Source: Macrostomum hystrix
Taxonomy: Eukaryota; Animalia; Platyhelminthes
Assembly (NCBI GenBank): GCA_950097015.1
Contig: CATNEN010000003.1
Location: forward strand, 13,516,001 to 13,580,000
Length of the DNA: 64,000 nucleotides
Direction of reading: 5' to 3'
Shown here: piece by piece, positions 60,150 to 64,000 of the stretch
Layout of the letters: the number at the start of each line of letters is the position of its first letter
How positions within the stretch are numbered: the first letter of the stretch is position 1
Translations under genes and position numbers: made by a program
The notes under the pieces: generated by a model
Database searches by the model: none
Told to the model about the DNA's origin: nothing
What the model saw: the letters and a program-made list of their open reading frames with translations, nothing else

Positions 60150-63110
60150 GAGAGATGAGACACGGAGGGAGTTGAGATAGTAGCGGGGAGATGAGATAGT
60201 AGTGGAGAGATGAGATGGGAGTAAAGAGATGAGACAGTATTGAATAGATAGGACAGTAGTGGAGAGATGAGACAGTAGTCGAGAGATGAGACAGTAGCAG
60301 AGAGATGAGACAGTAGTGGAGAGATGAGATAGTAGTATAGAGACGAGACAGTAGTGGAGAGATGAGACAGTACTCGAGAGACGAGATAGTAGTGGAGAGA
60401 TGAGATAGTAGTATAGAGACGAGACAGTAGTGGAGAGATGAGATAGTAGTGGAGAGATGAGACAGTAGTGGAGAGATGAGGCATTAGTGGAGAGATGAGA
60501 CAGTAGTGGAGAGATGAGATAGTAATATAGAGACGAGACAGTATTGGAGAGATGAGACAGTACTCGAGAGACGAGACAGTAGTGGAGAGATGAGATAGTA
60601 GTATAGAGATGAGACAGTAGTGGAGAGATGAGACAGTAGTGGAGAGATGAGATAGTAGTATAGAGATGAGACAGTAGTGGAGAGATGAGACAGTAGTGGA
60701 GAGATGAGATAGTAGCGGGGAGATGAGATAGTAGTGGAGAGATGAGATGGGAGTAAAGAGATGAGACAGTATTGAATAGATAGGACAGTAGTGGAGAGAT
60801 GAGACAGTAGCAGAGAGATGAGACAGTAGTGGAGAGATGAGATAGTAGTATAGAGACGAGACAGTAGTGGAGAGATGAGACAGTACTCGAGAGACGAGAT
60901 AGTAGTGGAGAGATGAGATAGTAGTATAGAGACGAGACAGTAGTGGAGAGATGAGATAGTAGTGGAGAGATGAGACAGTAGTGGAGAGATGAGGCATTAG
61001 TGGAGAGATGAGACAGTAGTGGAGAGATGAGATAGTAATATAGAGACGAGACAGTATTGGAGAGATGAGACAGTACTCGAGAGACGAGACAGTAGTGGAG
61101 AGATGAGATAGTAGTATAGAGACGAGACAGTATTGGAGAGATGAGACAGTACTCGAGAGACGAGACAATAGTGGAGAGGTGAGACAATAGTGGAGAGATG
61201 AGACAGTAGTGGAGAGATGAGATAGTAGTATAGAGACGAGACAGTATTGGAGAGATGAGACAGTAGTGGAGAGATGAGATAGTAGTGGAGAGATGAGACA
61301 GTAGTGGAGAGATGAGACAGTAGTGGAGAGATGAGATAGTAGTGGAGAGGTGAGACAGTAGTGGAGAGATGAGACAGTAGTGGAGAGGTGAGACAGTAGT
61401 GGAGAGATGAGACAGTAGTGGAGAGATGAGATAGTAGCAGAGAGATGAGACAGTAGTGGAGAGATGAGATAGTAGTATAGAGACGAGACAGTAGTGGAGA
61501 GATGAGACAGTACTCGAGAGACGAGATAGTAGTGGAGAGATGAGATAGTAGTATAGAGACGAGACAGTAGTGGAGAGATGAGATAGTAGTGGAGAGATGA
61601 GACAGTAGTGGAGAGATGAGGCATTAGTGGAGAGATGAGACAGTAGTGGAGAGATGAGATAGTAATATAGAGACGAGACAGTATTGGAGAGATGAGACAG
61701 TACTCGAGAGACGAGACAGTAGTGGAGAGATGAGATAGTAGTATAGAGACGAGACAGTAGTGGAGAGATGAGACAGTAGTGGAGAGGTGAGACAGTAGTG
61801 GAGAGATGAGACAGTAGTGGAGAGATGAGACAGTAGTGGAGAGGTGAGACAGTAGTGGAGAGATGAGACAGTAGTGGAGAGATGAGATAGTAGTATAGAG
61901 ACGAGACAGTAGTGGAGAGATGAGACAGTAGTGGAGAGATGAGATAGTAGTATAGAGACGAGACAGTAGTGGAGAGATGAGACAGTAGTGGAGAGACGAG
62001 ACAGTAGTGGAGAGATGAGATAGTAGTATAGAGACGAGACAATAGTGGAGAGGTGAGACAGTAGTGGAGAGATGAGACAGTAGTGGAGAGATGAGACAGT
62101 AGTGGAGAGATGAGAAGAGATGAGACAGTAGTGGAGAGATGAGACAGTAGTGGAGAGATGAGACAGTAGTGGAGAGATGAGACAGTAGTGGAGAGATGAG
62201 ACAGTAGTGGAGAGATGAGACAGTAGTGGAGAGATGAGACAGTAGTGGAGAGATGAGACAGTAGTGGAGAGATGAGACAGTAGTGGAGAGATGAGACAGT
62301 AGTCGAGAGATGAGACAGTAGTGGAGAGATGAGACAGTAGTGGAGAGACGAGACAGTAGTGGAGAGATGAGATAGTAGTGGAGAGATGAGACAGTAGTGG
62401 AGAGATGAGACAGTAGTGGAGAGATGAGACAGTAGTCGAGAGATGAGACAGTAGTGGAGAGATGAGACAGTAGTGGAGAGATGAGACAGTAGTGGAGAGA
62501 TGAGATAGTAGTATAGAGACGAGACAGTATTGGAGAGATGAGACAGTACTCGAGAGACGAGACAATAGTGGAGAGGTGAGACAGTAGTGGAGAGATGAGA
62601 CAGTAGTGGAGAGATGAGACAGTAGTGGAGAGATGAGAAGAGATGAGACAGTAGTGGAGAGATGAGACAGTAGTGGAGAGATGAGACAGTAGTGGAGAGA
62701 TGAGACAGTAGTGGAGAGATGAGACAGTAGTCGAGAGATGAGACAGTAGTGGAGAGATGAGACAGTAGTGGAGAGACGAGACAGTAGTGGAGAGATGAGA
62801 CAGTAGTGGAGAGATGAGACAGTAGTGGAGAGATGAGATAGTAGTATAGAGACGAGACAGTATTGGAGAGATGAGACAGTACTCGAGAGACGAGACAATA
62901 GTGGAGAGGTGAGACAGTAGTGGAGAGATGAGACAGTAGTGGAGAGATGAGACAGTAGTGGAGAGATGAGAAGAGATGAGACAGTAGTGGAGAGATGAGA
63001 CAGTAGTGGAGAGATGAGACAGTAGTGGAGAGATGAGACAGTAGTCGAGAGATGAGACAGTGTGGAGAGATGAGACAGTAGTGGAGAGATGAGAAGAGAT
63101 GAGAAGGGAA
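60150..63110. repeat. 19-bp satellite (gagatgagacagtagtgga) in the cadherin intron
   Basis: About 150 copies with higher-order blocks. Confidence 0.94.
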
Positions 63111-64000
63111 AAGATGAAACACCAATCTAGGGTATTGGAGCACCAAAGTCCAGATGTGAGAGCTTTCCAGTCGGTATTTTTGCTCGAGTATTCCGATAGT
63201 CCAAATTGATTCCAAAATTTTCTAATCAGACTAGCCAAGCGAGCCTTTCTCGTATATAAGCCTAACCTAAAAGCGTTTTCATTTTTTTCGCGCTGTATCG
63301 TTTTTAATTTAATCATGTCTAGAAGCCCTCTCATCTATCATGGCGTGCAGGTGTTGATCCCCATTGAACCATAATTGCACGCCGTCGTGTGGGATGATTA
63401 ATGCTGGCGAGAAAGAAACCTTATCTTCAAATGGACCTAGCGGCGTCATTGTTGAATAATGGGAAATTAATGGGTAATGTTGACCGTGCTGAAATTTCTC
63501 AGTTTTCCCAACTGTGGCTTGACTCAAAAGTTGATCTGCCAAGCAGAAATGACAAAGTTTCCTATTAGAAATTTTCAATTTCAAACCATTAATAGAATTC
63601 CTTAGAAATTCTTATTCCAAAACCAGTATTTTATATTCCCTGTGGAGTAACTCATGCTAAGGGCCAAAAAAAGTAGGGAACATATCACAAGGAATTAGGC
63701 TTGAGAATGGTTGGGCAACATTTTCCTGGCTTCTCTGACTCCGAGACATGATGCCCTGTACAATAGTTTAGTTCTTTATAAATTGTGTGCTGCTTTTTTG
63801 TAGCAAGCTACGTTCCCACGAAAGGTATAAAATTATTTCGAGAATTGTAGTCGTAATATAATGAAACAGGCTTTGCTCTACTGTTTTGCATCATTATTCC
63901 ACAGTTATTATAATAATAGTTTGCGGTTTCATTACAGCGAAGAAAGTTACTTTAGAAATTGCGAGACGATCATGAGTCATCTGCTAGCTAAATAACTTGA

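Noticed and set aside
60029-63334. 1000+ aa minus-strand ORFs
   Set aside because: Artefacts of the 19-bp satellite inside the cadherin intron.

Overview
Eukaryotic (animal) genomic DNA with GT-AG introns and many distinct 13-43 bp minisatellites. This style resembles the flatworm Macrostomum lignano (inference only). I assembled seven protein-coding genes by hand from splice sites and reading-frame phase. (1) Islet LIM-homeobox gene, +, 5' part outside the window. (2) RING + TRAF-type zinc-finger E3 ligase, -, apparently containing three consecutive micro-exons of 3, 6 and 9 nt. (3) PKA type-II-like regulatory subunit, -, with Ala instead of Ser at the inhibitory site. (4) RCL1, -. (5) B-box/coiled-coil/Tudor protein with a long low-complexity tail, -, RNF17/Qin-like. 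(6) Insulin-like peptide, -, with abnormal A-chain cysteine spacing. (7) A 5.4 kb first coding exon of a Dachsous-like protocadherin, +. Mobile elements: two internally deleted DD34D-type mariners (one with about 180 bp TIRs), six copies or fragments of one tRNA-derived SINE, a probable CORE-SINE, a MULE-like MITE, two Helentron/HINE-like elements, and a decayed protein-primed DNA polymerase B fragment (Polinton/Maverick-like). Most long ORFs in the supplied track are artefacts of tandem repeats. All family calls come from motif recognition; no database search was run.
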